This document shows positions 1-8,298 of a stretch of 32,000 bases of DNA, in pieces. Where the stretch lies: assembly GCA_965219535.1 (NCBI GenBank), contig CBDCNV010000001.1:210001-242000 (forward strand). Reading direction: 5' to 3'. A program made the translations under genes and the position numbers. The DNA is from Opitutales bacterium (GTDB lineage Bacteria > Verrucomicrobiota > Verrucomicrobiia > Opitutales > PNEW01). A model generated the notes under the pieces. That model did no database searches and was not told the origin of the DNA. It saw only the letters and a list, made by a program, of their open reading frames with translations. Within the stretch, counting starts at the first letter, position 1. Each line of letters opens with the position of its first letter.

Positions 1-40
1 CCCCTCTTCGCGCCTTTAATAGCCTCGGTAGAATTAAGCT

Positions 41-1426
41 ATGAACGATTGGTTGTTTTGGGGCCGGGTAACCTTCAACAATCGAGAAATAGCAACGGGA
101 ATCTGGCTCCTGTTTGCGTTTATTCTCTGCCTCTTGCTCAAGGATGTCCGCAGCAGCATGTGGGGAATTCCCAAAGCATTCTTGCAGATTAAATTACTTA
201 TCCTGTTTGGATCATTGGCCGTGAATGTTACGGGGTTGTGTTGGCTTTACTTGTGGCTTGGATTTTGGACCATCGATCAAATAATTTCGACCGTCTTGTG
301 GTTCTTTCTCTCTGGAATCGCTCTGACTGGCCGATCAATCTCGGTCGAAGACGAGGGCTACTTCAAGAATCTCTTCTTTGATAACTTTAAGGTTGCAGGG
401 ATATTTGAGTTTCTGGTTGTGGCCTATTCATTTAGACTACCAGTCGAACTTGTGTTAGTTCCTTTTATGACATTCGTCGGTCTCATGATCGTTTTCACTG
501 GCATCGCGGAAAAATATGCTTCGGTCAAGATAATCTTCGAGTGGATCGCCATTGCCGTAGTGGTGATGCTCCTCTGGAAGTCAGTTGGAAGTATCTGGAA
601 ACAACCTGACGCCTTTTTCACAACGCAGACAGGACGTACTTTTCTGCTTCCAGCCCTACTGACCATTGGGTCGATTCCATTCTTCTACATTTGGTACTGT
701 TACTGCCACATCGAAATTGCACACATTAAAATCGACTTCAAGACCTTCCAATCGGACGAACTCAAACGCTATGCAAGAAAGCGTTTCTTCCTTACCTTCA
801 TGGCCCGACCTTGGCTCTTGCGGCGCGCGACCAGACAATTTCATAACATGCCCGCCAACACGAATAGTGACGTCGATCAGATCATCGAAGACATTCTTAT
901 TTATGAACGGCAGAGTGACTCCCCCCCTGAAGTTGACGAGAACTATGGCTGGAGTCCATACTTGGCACGCGACTTCCTCAAAGCAGAAGGATTGCGAACA
1001 AGCGATTATTACTCCACTCACAAAGGCGCAGAATGGTCGGCGAGCTCAAACTATTTAGATCTTGATAGCCATGTCCTTCCAAACAAGGTCGTTTTCTATG
1101 TCAATGGACTCCAAGAGATGGTGACTACACTAAAGCTTAAAGGTAATTTCCGTGATGACTTTGACCCTACTTTGGCCAAAAAGAGGTTCAATGAGATAGC
1201 TAAAACTCTTCTCGAACGAAGCATTTCAAGTGACTTTAACCGCGTCATAAATTTGATCAATTCCGACAGGGATTTCGCTTTAGTTATCGACAAGACACGT
1301 GTGGTTCGGAGAACAGATCGTTATCAAAATAAAAAGGATTTTGAAATGTACTTCATTCTTGTTCGAGGCTCTCTCCCAGGCATAAAAGGGTTCGGCGTTG
1401 CTGAAAGCCCGTCCGATATCGGGTAA
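41..1426 (+). CDS. hypothetical multi-pass membrane protein with a soluble C-terminal half
   Basis: 461-aa ORF with ATG start. The N-terminal ~230 aa contain about 6-7 hydrophobic helices (e.g. IATGIWLLFAFILCLLL, LLILFGSLAVNVTGLCWLYLWLGFW, IAIAVVVMLLW). The C-terminal ~230 aa are hydrophilic. Overlapping antisense ORFs are shorter and look like shadows. No family recognised. Confidence 0.6.
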   Translation: MNDWLFWGRVTFNNREIATGIWLLFAFILCLLLKDVRSSMWGIPKAFLQIKLLILFGSLAVNVTGLCWLYLWLGFWTIDQIISTVLWFFLSGIALTGRSISVEDEGYFKNLFFDNFKVAGIFEFLVVAYSFRLPVELVLVPFMTFVGLMIVFTGIAEKYASVKIIFEWIAIAVVVMLLWKSVGSIWKQPDAFFTTQTGRTFLLPALLTIGSIPFFYIWYCYCHIEIAHIKIDFKTFQSDELKRYARKRFFLTFMARPWLLRRATRQFHNMPANTNSDVDQIIEDILIYERQSDSPPEVDENYGWSPYLARDFLKAEGLRTSDYYSTHKGAEWSASSNYLDLDSHVLPNKVVFYVNGLQEMVTTLKLKGNFRDDFDPTLAKKRFNEIAKTLLERSISSDFNRVINLINSDRDFALVIDKTRVVRRTDRYQNKKDFEMYFILVRGSLPGIKGFGVAESPSDIG

Positions 1427-1457
1427 AGTGATTTCAGTGGTTTGTGATTCACCCGAT

Positions 1458-2010
1458 TTGACGGATGAGGAGTCTACGCTTATCGCCTCGCTTCTGCAAA
1501 GCCACCTATAAAAGTGCCCATTGCTTAAGATCGTCGATGAGATCTTCTACGGACTGCGTGTAGGGCAGGGGTACATGCTTCTTGAGAGCTTCCTTTCGCG
1601 TAACATAGTCTACTACTGTATCGTCCTCTGGCGCGTTGAGAGGACATAGATCAGCTTACACCACACCCTTGTCATGCAGACACGGGACACGCGATCGACA
1701 CCCAGTCAGTCCAAACGACCGAAAACATCGAACCGTGCGGATATGATGCTAAAGGGCTTGCGCAATTGCTACCCCTGGCTGGAATTACTCTCCGCTGAAG
1801 CAGGATATGTGGTCGAGAAACCTAAAGCCACACTGAAGGGACCCTGGTGTTAAGCTTAAAATCGATAAACGGTGTCGCTCGGCAACGAGCTTTATACTTA
1901 TTACCCGCCGTTGAGCAGTCGAGCTCAGCTTTGCTTGGGGCCAAAAAATTACAGGTGGTCGAACTACCCAAACTGGTTCACTGGAACAGTTAGACTTTCG
2001 ATGTTTATGA
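1458..2010 (+). pseudogene. IS5-family (ISL2-like) DDE transposase remnant, frameshifted and internally deleted
   Basis: Reading across frames gives LTDEESTLIASLLQSHL*KCPLLKIVDEIFYGLRVGQGYMLLESFLSRNIVYYCIVLWR (from 1458), IDTQSVQTTENIEPCGYDAKG (1694-1756), YPWLELLSAEAGY (about 1770-1806) and AVELSFAWG (1915-1941). These match conserved IS5 blocks (LTDEEW..PLLP, LRTGCxWRxLP..TVYYYFRRW, IDSQSVKTTE..GYDAGKK, ADxGY, VVERTFAWL). They lie in different frames with stop codons, and the remnant is shorter than an intact gene. Confidence 0.7.
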
Positions 2011-2514
2011 CCTGCTCCCAGACTAACGACCTATACGGAGTAGTTTAGGTAATTCGGTCAGACGAAACTGTGGTGTTTTCGAGAGCAAACTTGCGTTTGA
2101 ATCTTGGTTAAAGCGCGATAGGGAACCTCCGCCTGGGAAACACCTTTTCCTCCCGGTCTTTCATATTCTCTCCGCCAGCCTTAGAGCCGATCCACTGACA
2201 TTTCCGGCATCCGAACCGGATCCTACTTTTCCTGTATCGCCAGCCCCCCGTTAACGAGGTCACATGGCTCCATTCACGCTAATCGGTCGAAAAACAGGTC
2301 GGCAAATCAATTTCTCACCCCGTTCTGTCTCCTCCCAGCTTTTGAGGCCGATCATAGACTTCTATGCGACCCGTTATAGTAGACCTAAACATCTGGAACC
2401 CGACACTGCTTTCAAAACAATTCAAGAAATCGATGGGTTAAAATCAATTGGGTAGGTCTCTTCGTTCTGTAATCGTAAGTAGCGCATGACCCCTTTTGAG
2501 TATTGATTTGTATC

Positions 2515-2973
2515 CTATTTTCTTGCCAAAAGCTTGAAGTCATCTCCCCGCAGACCGATAAGCATACTAGCGCCGGATTCGTCAACTTTCAGCTCGCCAT
2601 AGCGTGCATTCGAGTACAGATCGACATCGCTTTCCTGAAACATAAAGGACTCCGCCCCGATTACGATAAAAGATAAGTTACTCGCTCGCATTCAGGCTAT
2701 CGCCCTGGTGGACTCTTACAAGGTTAGCAATCTCGTTTTCATCAAGCGAGACGACAATGTGGCCCTTACCTTGTAATTTCCTTCTTGGAACTCCTCTGGC
2801 AATGGCGTAGCGCAAGACCATATAATCGCTCTGCATGAGTGAACGGGGATCCTCGGGGGGAGACGTAGAAGCATGGTACGACCATTGGCAAGGGTGTCTT
2901 CCTTCTTTACAATGAGGATGTTGACGACGATTAGGACGAGCAGAGCTGTGCCTCAGTAAATAATATTCTTCAC
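2515..2973 (-). pseudogene. GDYXXLXY domain protein pseudogene
   Basis: Paralog of 28686-29162. Translation reads VKNIIY*GTALLVLIVVNILIVKKEDTLANGRTMLLRL..PRSLMQSDYMVLRYAIARG..KGHIVVSLDENEIANLVRVHQGDSLNASE*. It has TGG->TGA at codon 7, a second premature stop, the GDY motif changed to SDY, and a 16-nt deletion causing a frameshift. Confidence 0.85.
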
Positions 2974-3262
2974 GCGGCCACCTCCTCAGGCTGGCAGTGC
3001 CTCGCAATCCAGCGAACAACGAGAAGAAGCACTCCACTCCCCGCAATAACCCAGGTCTTGTAATCAAGATAGACATTGAAGGCGTAATAAAAGACAACGA
3101 GGAAACAAGGTAGAAAAAGAAAAGACAACGCCGTAAGAATTCGGTCGCCAAGCGCATAACCCACAATAAGTAAACCAATCGCAACGAGGATGCTAGGGGC
3201 GGTAAAGATTCCCAACAAAAGTGTAGATACGAATGCAAGGATCATCAAAGGTTCATGAAGCC
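2970..3262 (-). pseudogene. DUF4401-like membrane protein, C-terminal fragment only
   Basis: The 92-aa ORF (LAFVSTLLLGIFTAPSILVAIGLLIVGYALGDRILTALSFLFLPCFLVVFYYAFNV..CQPEEVAA) matches the last ~90 aa of the 355-aa protein at 27622-28689. The upstream ~265 codons are absent. Confidence 0.85.
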
Positions 3263-3377
3263 TATGATATGGAGTTCAAATCTACCTCTTGTAACCACTT
3301 ATATATAAACACTTTATATTAATTTCTAAAAACTTATGAATCATGTTATCGTTAAGTTCAAAATAAATAAATAACAC

Positions 3378-4704
3378 AATTAGTAATAACAGGCTTGACA
3401 AAACAGGTTGATCAGGATATACTTATGGAAAACAAAGCCATAAAAATGAACCTAATATCCGTATTCAGAAAGTATCCTGATCAACAATCCTGTATCGACC
3501 ACCTGGAAGCTATCAGGTGGGAGGACAACCCTAGCTGTCCTTATTGTGAAAGCAATCATGTTGCCCGGAAAAAGGAAAATGATAAAATCGGTCGTTGGAA
3601 CTGTCACGATTGCAATAACAGTTTCAATGTCTTGAAAGGCACTATTTTTCAGGGGACTCAAATTCCACTGCAAAAGTGGTTCCTGGGCATTGCCTTGATG
3701 GTCAATGCAAAAAAAAGCCTGTCAAGCTGTCAGCTGTCCCGTGATCTGGAATTAAACCAGAAATCAAGCTGGTCCATGCAACAGCGTATTCGCGCTGGTA
3801 TGGCAAGCAGAGAAAAACACTTCCTTAAAGGCGTGGTGGAAATGGATGAAACCTATGTCGGAGGCAAGCCCCGCCGTAATAAAGATGATGATGATCCGCC
3901 AAAGCGGGGACGTGGGACAAAGAAGATTCCGGTCGTCGGGGCAGTGGAACGTGGCGGGAAGGTTATTGCCCGCGTTGTAGATGACTTGAGCAGGTTTGGT
4001 ATTCTGCGATTTGTTCATGGGACAACCGATATAGACGAGACTCTTCTGATTACCGATGAGTCCCCATCTTATAAAATACTCGATCACCTTATGGCGCGTG
4101 TAAGCATCAACCACGGCGAAAAGTATGTTGAAGGAGATGTCTATACTAACACAATTGAAGGCTTTTGGTCACATTTAAAGCGGGCCTGGTTTGGCCAGCA
4201 CCAGCACTATTCAAAGTCTTACATGCCATTATACATTGCCGAGGCATGCTGGAAGTATAACCACAGGGAGCGTTCTGACGGATTCAGTGCGTTTCTTAAT
4301 TCAACAATGGTAACTAACAATACTTAATAATGAAAAAAAACGATTATACTGATATTAACGATGTATACGACGAAATTGTCGATAAGGTCTCAAAGCGTGT
4401 TAATCGTGCGATGAATAAGCATCCTCAATTGCACCAGCCCATAGCGACTCAATTTCGTCGTATACATCGTCGACTGGAATATCTTGAAAATCTTCTAAAA
4501 CAAGAGAAACATCCTCTTTAAACATTCGATATTCCTCTAAGGCTTGATCCTTTGGAGAAAACATTTTTAGCCTTACAGTTATTTCGTGCCTGAGCATAAT
4601 CCGTAATGATAAAATCCGAATTAACGCTTTTCTCTCAAATTCACTCATTAATCCTACTTATAAATGAGTTTATATTTAATCAGTCAAGCCATTTATTACT
4701 AATT
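3378..4704 (+). mobile_element. IS1595-family insertion sequence (1327 bp) with 22-bp terminal inverted repeats and a ~0.37-kb non-transposase tail
   Basis: IRL at 3378-3399 is aattagtaataacaggcttgac. The reverse complement of IRR at 4683-4704 is aattagtaataaatggcttgac (20/22 identical). The repeats enclose the IS1595-type transposase. The 8 bp flanks (aataacac and actcaaaa) do not match, so no target-site duplication is left. Confidence 0.8.
3425..4327 (+). CDS. IS1595-family transposase (N-terminal zinc ribbon plus DDE domain)
   Basis: SCIDHLEAIRWEDNPSCPYCESNHV..WNCHDCNNSFNVLKGTIFQGTQIPLQKWF is the transposase zinc-ribbon/ISXO2-like N-terminus. VVEMDETYVGG, LITDESPSYK and YTNTIEGFWSHLKR are the DDE_Tnp_IS1595 blocks. 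The ORF opens at TTG 3395, which lies inside the IR. ATG 3425 or ATG 3446 are more likely starts. Confidence 0.9.
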   Translation: MENKAIKMNLISVFRKYPDQQSCIDHLEAIRWEDNPSCPYCESNHVARKKENDKIGRWNCHDCNNSFNVLKGTIFQGTQIPLQKWFLGIALMVNAKKSLSSCQLSRDLELNQKSSWSMQQRIRAGMASREKHFLKGVVEMDETYVGGKPRRNKDDDDPPKRGRGTKKIPVVGAVERGGKVIARVVDDLSRFGILRFVHGTTDIDETLLITDESPSYKILDHLMARVSINHGEKYVEGDVYTNTIEGFWSHLKRAWFGQHQHYSKSYMPLYIAEACWKYNHRERSDGFSAFLNSTMVTNNT

Positions 4705-6045
4705 ACTCAAAAGAATGTAGCTCCGGGTACCTATTATATAGGATATATTCTTGATGCTGGTAGAAGGATTGAAGAGACAAGTGAAACTAATAACACCGGC
4801 TATACTGTAATTACGGTAGTAAAACCTGCCCCAGACTTAGTGCTTAATGGCTCAGGAGACATTATCGGTCAAAACATCCAGCATCCCAACGGGAACATCT
4901 TTAACCAGGTATTACTCACAGGCCAGTATATTAAACTTAAAGCAAGACCAGGTCAGATCACCAGAATATCCTTTATGGATGAAAACGAGGATATTGTGCA
5001 AGTCGAATTCTCAGGTAATGGAACCTTTACCATCAATCTCGACCCGGCCACCTATCTATCTCCAGCTTTGCCACCACGTTATAATCAAACAGTAAGGTAC
5101 GTTACAGGTAAGGCCAGCATTGTGATCGAGGGAGCTGACTCTTCGACCTTCTTTAGCATATTTACGGTGGGAAGGATTAATGCTGTCAACCAAGCCTTGT
5201 TTCCACGAGGACAGAGGTATGACGCACAAGCGGACATAAAACTGGTGGAGGTGATTAACTCAACTGGATTCGGAGGAATGCAATTATCAAACGCGGTGTT
5301 CAGTGGAAGCACTGGTAAAGTTGGTGTGGATGCTAGAGATGTCCCCATAGCTGTGCGGCTGATTATAGGTGACATTAGTGCCAGTGGTGATGCCACTCCT
5401 TACTTACTATTTGGAGAAGGTTCCTTTACGACGCTGGCTGCTAATTCAGGGTTACATATTACCGGAGGAGACCTTTACCAAAGCAATCGTGCCCAAATAG
5501 TTGCAATCTCTGAAGCTGAAAACTTGGTCTTCCAAGCTAATGTTATGTCGGATGGAAGAGAACTGCGTGCTCAGACGATGCGGGGTTCTTTTGATTTTAT
5601 TGACCAACCGATCTCGAACTTTATTCCAAAGAGCTTGGATGGAAAGACCTATCGATTCGACTATGGTTTTGATGAATTACCTGTTCCCGATATTACCTTT
5701 TCCGGCCATACTTCGGGGACCTTTAGGGATAATAGAACCACTACATTCGAGGGGTCTTCTATCCTGGGTTCAGTGACGGGGACATTTAATCTCAGAAATG
5801 ATTCAACCTCCCAAAATATGGCGCATCTGACCCTAGTTGGGCAAATCATAACCATCAGTGTAGATGGTGAGGTTAATTTATCCGGAAGTATCGAAGAGCT
5901 ATATTCCGAATACGAGATAATATTAGCCAAATCAGTAAGAATTGAAATGCTTTTTATATCTCCTGGCAGAGGTTCTTTTTCTGATGTTACTACTCTTACC
6001 GACGGTTCTACCGAAACCTATCAGGGGACGTTCGAGCAGTTGTAA
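4606..6045 (+). CDS. 5'-truncated secreted/surface protein fragment, with the ORF start supplied by the IS1595 end
   Basis: 479-aa ORF. The first 33 codons (4606-4704) lie inside the IS right end. Directly after the IRR the protein reads VAPGTYYIGYILDAGRRIEETSETNNTGY, which is the typical C-terminal signature of a CARDB-type domain (L.PG.Y.....D.....ES.E.NN). The native N-terminus is therefore missing. The remaining ~440 aa are beta-rich (Gly, Ser and Thr abundant) and belong to no family I recognise. Confidence 0.55.
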   Translation: MIKSELTLFSQIHSLILLINEFIFNQSSHLLLITQKNVAPGTYYIGYILDAGRRIEETSETNNTGYTVITVVKPAPDLVLNGSGDIIGQNIQHPNGNIFNQVLLTGQYIKLKARPGQITRISFMDENEDIVQVEFSGNGTFTINLDPATYLSPALPPRYNQTVRYVTGKASIVIEGADSSTFFSIFTVGRINAVNQALFPRGQRYDAQADIKLVEVINSTGFGGMQLSNAVFSGSTGKVGVDARDVPIAVRLIIGDISASGDATPYLLFGEGSFTTLAANSGLHITGGDLYQSNRAQIVAISEAENLVFQANVMSDGRELRAQTMRGSFDFIDQPISNFIPKSLDGKTYRFDYGFDELPVPDITFSGHTSGTFRDNRTTTFEGSSILGSVTGTFNLRNDSTSQNMAHLTLVGQIITISVDGEVNLSGSIEELYSEYEIILAKSVRIEMLFISPGRGSFSDVTTLTDGSTETYQGTFEQL

Positions 6046-6353
6046 AATGGATGTGATTGATGCAGGGGATTAACCCCCAGGCACTGTGCAACTGCAGTAT
6101 ATCGGCTGTTAAAAAAGGCGGTTGTGTTCAAGTATTAAACGTGTGCAGAATGGCTCAAGGATTCGTTTTGATGGTGCGATCTATAGGGAAGGTATCAGGG
6201 GTTTAGTGCACTTCTGCCTTATCTTTTATTTCAGCTATGATTATTTGGTTATTTTACGTTGGGGGAAGCGATTGTCAATTACTGCCAAAATGAAAACGCC
6301 GCAGTTCTAATACAACCACCTGAACGTTCCCGACTCAGTGTCAAGGGCACTTT

Positions 6354-6887
6354 TTATTGCACCCGCTGCGATTGAATCCGGTTTCTGAATTCAATGGGAT
6401 CGGCTATGTTTTTGAACACGCTTACTTTTCCCCCAGTGCCCATAACTTTCAACGTTTCTGAATTGAAGAACAAATCAATATTTACTCCTTCAACGCTGGA
6501 TAATTGTATTTCCTTTGTCCTGACTCTCATAAACCCTGTTTTATGAAATAATCTTTTATTCGTCACTACGAATTCCGAGTACGTACTGTCGATATCTCTC
6601 TTACACAATACAACAAAGCTAACAACAATTAGTGCTGGAACCAAGTAGCTTTTATATACATCCGACCCTTCTCCAAAATAGATAAACAATCCACTAATTA
6701 ATACGCATAGCAAAGGTGCGAAATAGGTGTTCCAATGAATTGAAGCTTGGGGCAGCCAGCGCGGGGGAGGACATATTTTTGCGTCAGATTGAAGACCCTC
6801 AATATTGCATTTGTCTTTCGCTTTGCCGTCCCCATAAACCGCACGATACGGTATTTGTGCCCGTATGATCGTAATGTTGTCAACCAT
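6354..6887 (-). CDS. membrane protein with bacterial PH (bPH_2/YdbS-YdbT-like) domain
   Basis: 177-aa ORF with ATG start and two central TM helices (YFAPLLCVLISGLFIYF, LVPALIVVSFVVL). These are followed by YSEFVVTNKRLFHKTGFMRVRTKEIQLSSVEGVNID...LKVMGTGGKVSVFKNIADPIEFRNRI, the usual bPH_2 pattern. Confidence 0.6.
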   Translation of the reverse strand: MVDNITIIRAQIPYRAVYGDGKAKDKCNIEGLQSDAKICPPPRWLPQASIHWNTYFAPLLCVLISGLFIYFGEGSDVYKSYLVPALIVVSFVVLCKRDIDSTYSEFVVTNKRLFHKTGFMRVRTKEIQLSSVEGVNIDLFFNSETLKVMGTGGKVSVFKNIADPIEFRNRIQSQRVQ

Positions 6888-6903
6888 TCAGGTTCGTAAC
6901 CAG

Positions 6904-7031
6904 TTGACTCGGTTCTCGTTTGACAGGGTTGTTTGACAAGCTGGGTGACGACAGGACTCGATTGTTGACTCGGGAACTCGGGAACTCGGAGACTCGGTTG
7001 ACTCGGTTGACTCGAATCACGATTTGACTGG
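6904..7031 (+). repeat. array 1 of the 8-9 bp TTGACTCGG-type unit, preceded by a tRNA-Leu 3'-end-like segment (6942-6961)
   Basis: Dense run at 6955-7014: gactcg, ttgactcgg, gaactcgg, gaactcgg, agactcgg, ttgactcgg, ttgactcg. Outlying units lie at 6904-6912 and 7023-7031. Segment 6942-6961 (tgggtgacgacaggactcga) shares TGG(G)TG and GGACTCGA with the tRNA 3' end as read on the + strand (tggtgcccagggagggactcgaaccc). Confidence 0.8.
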
Positions 7032-8232
7032 TAACATATAAAAGGAACCAGGACCGTTATCTGCCCGTGAATGTAAAATATAAAAAGAGGGTGGATAATT
7101 TAACAATAGAATAAGATCGACCCTGATTAACGCAGCTGCGTTTCATCGGGATTCTATTGAAAATATTGAGTTTACACCGAGCCGATTTGTGCCCATACCC
7201 TTGGCCAATGAAAGTGAGAGCGAAACGCAAGTGTGCCCTGATCTTTAAAAAGGGCGATCTGGAAAAATTACACCGCAAGTATGATTCAGCACACAAGTTT
7301 GCGAACCTTGGAGGGGTTAAAGGAGAAACCTCGTGGGGAAGGAAATTTTTCCTCGCTCTTGGCGATTTAATCCGGTGGTGATCGGGGGACCGAGAAGCAC
7401 ACCAATTCGAGTGCGGTTGTGTGTGACCGCCGTTGTTTGTCCGCATCCCGTTTCAAGAAGGTTACTAAAGCCGCTTCGTTCGTTTCAATAATACCTGATA
7501 ACGATTGATAATCGGGTTAAATCATTGCGTTCCTTGCAAAAGGAGGGGGGGTGGATAGGCTTAACCCCTAATCCTGAATCCTGGTGCATCCTGCGGAGTT
7601 TTTTAATCGCTCAGATTGCTTGTTTTCAAAAAGATCAATACTTCGCCGTTCCGGTGAAACCATAGCCAGATCAGTAAGGGCATCGAGGCGGGTAAAGTCA
7701 CGTGGAAGTCAAATTTTCACTTCTATTTTGTTTGTCATTATGCGGATCCGGATTGCCAAACACGCCACAAACAAGAGACGCGGCTAGAGAAGCCCTGACA
7801 ATTCCAGGGCGAGGCACCAAGGTTTAAGCTTGTGTGAGGGCGCGGGCAAGGTTAGGGAGATACCTGTCTGACACATGGGATGTCACCGCGTCCTTGCATC
7901 TTGATTCCGGCCAGCGTTACAACGCTTTCGTTTTGGGTTCATGAATTTGACCGGTTCTTCTATTGCCTAATCTATCTGGTTTGGCAACTCGCTCAAATGC
8001 TTAATGGCTCTCTGATTGAGCAGCCGGTTAAACATGCAGCCTTTTTCTTTTTCGATGCCTGCTATCTTCTGTGATACGACGATTCTGGTAATGTTCATAA
8101 AGAATGTCCATCCGCGCCTAAACGCTCTACCCCTCATGGCTATTGATTTTAGATTCATGGTATTTCTCGGTTATGTATTTCTATTTTCTGCCGAACGAAA
8201 AGCACAAAAAGAGGGTGCCCGATGGGGAAGTC

Positions 8233-8298
8233 GGACTCGGTTGACTGGGAGACTCGGTTGACTGGGGACTTGGTGACTTGGAGACTCAGTTGACTCAG
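8233..8298 (+). repeat. array 2 of the TTGACTCGG-type unit, preceded by a tRNA-Leu 3'-end-like segment (8213-8240)
   Basis: Units: ggactcgg, ttgactggg, agactcgg, ttgactgggg, acttgg, tgacttgg, agactcag, ttgactcag. Segment 8213-8240 (gggtgcccgatggggaagtcggactcgg) shares GGTGCCC and GGACTCG with tggtgcccagggagggactcg of the tRNA, in the same orientation, with 6 extra bases between the two blocks. Confidence 0.8.

Larger units (their letters stand above)
2472..3262 (-). repeat. inverted ~0.8-kb copy of 28395-29205 (3' end of DUF4401 gene plus GDYXXLXY gene plus ~40 bp tail)
   Basis: The reverse complement of 2472-3262 aligns base for base with 28395-29205. One stretch I counted matched 56 of 60 bases, and overall identity is roughly 90% by eye. 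There is a 16-nt deletion relative to the + copy (tggcctacggctcggt is missing near 2660). Homology stops abruptly at 3262, where AT-rich sequence begins. Confidence 0.9.

Noticed and set aside
2051-2164. Possible IS3 orfA N-terminal fragment on the minus strand (..PRRRFPIAL*PRFKRKFALENTTVSS..)
   Set aside because: It is only a loose resemblance to the RRKFSxEFKAKVALE motif over about 30 codons, with a stop inside. That is too weak to annotate.
2678-3238. 186-aa minus-strand ORF spanning the pseudogene region
   Set aside because: It is an artefact. Its C-terminal part is the GDYXXLXY pseudogene frame. Its N-terminal part is an out-of-frame read through the DUF4401 fragment. The same out-of-frame ORF appears at 28481-28810 in the intact copy.
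3263-3300. tRNA-like T-loop string ggagttcaaatctacc...aacca next to the IS1595 element
   Set aside because: The flanking bases do not pair (GGAG versus CTAC). No acceptor, D or anticodon arm can be drawn.
4330-4648. Calling either 4330-4521(+) or 4400-4648(-) as a passenger CDS of the IS
   Set aside because: The two ORFs overlap antisense and owe part of their sequence to the 20-bp inverted repeat. I cannot decide which, if either, is real, so this is reported only as a finding.
7057-8261. ORFs 7057-7446(-), 7157-7381(+), 7584-7787(+), 7880-8074(+), 7967-8158(-), 8016-8261(+) as intact genes
   Set aside because: They overlap one another, are short, and have odd composition. I treat the region as decayed, possibly an integrase relic (see findings), and do not annotate any of them as a CDS.
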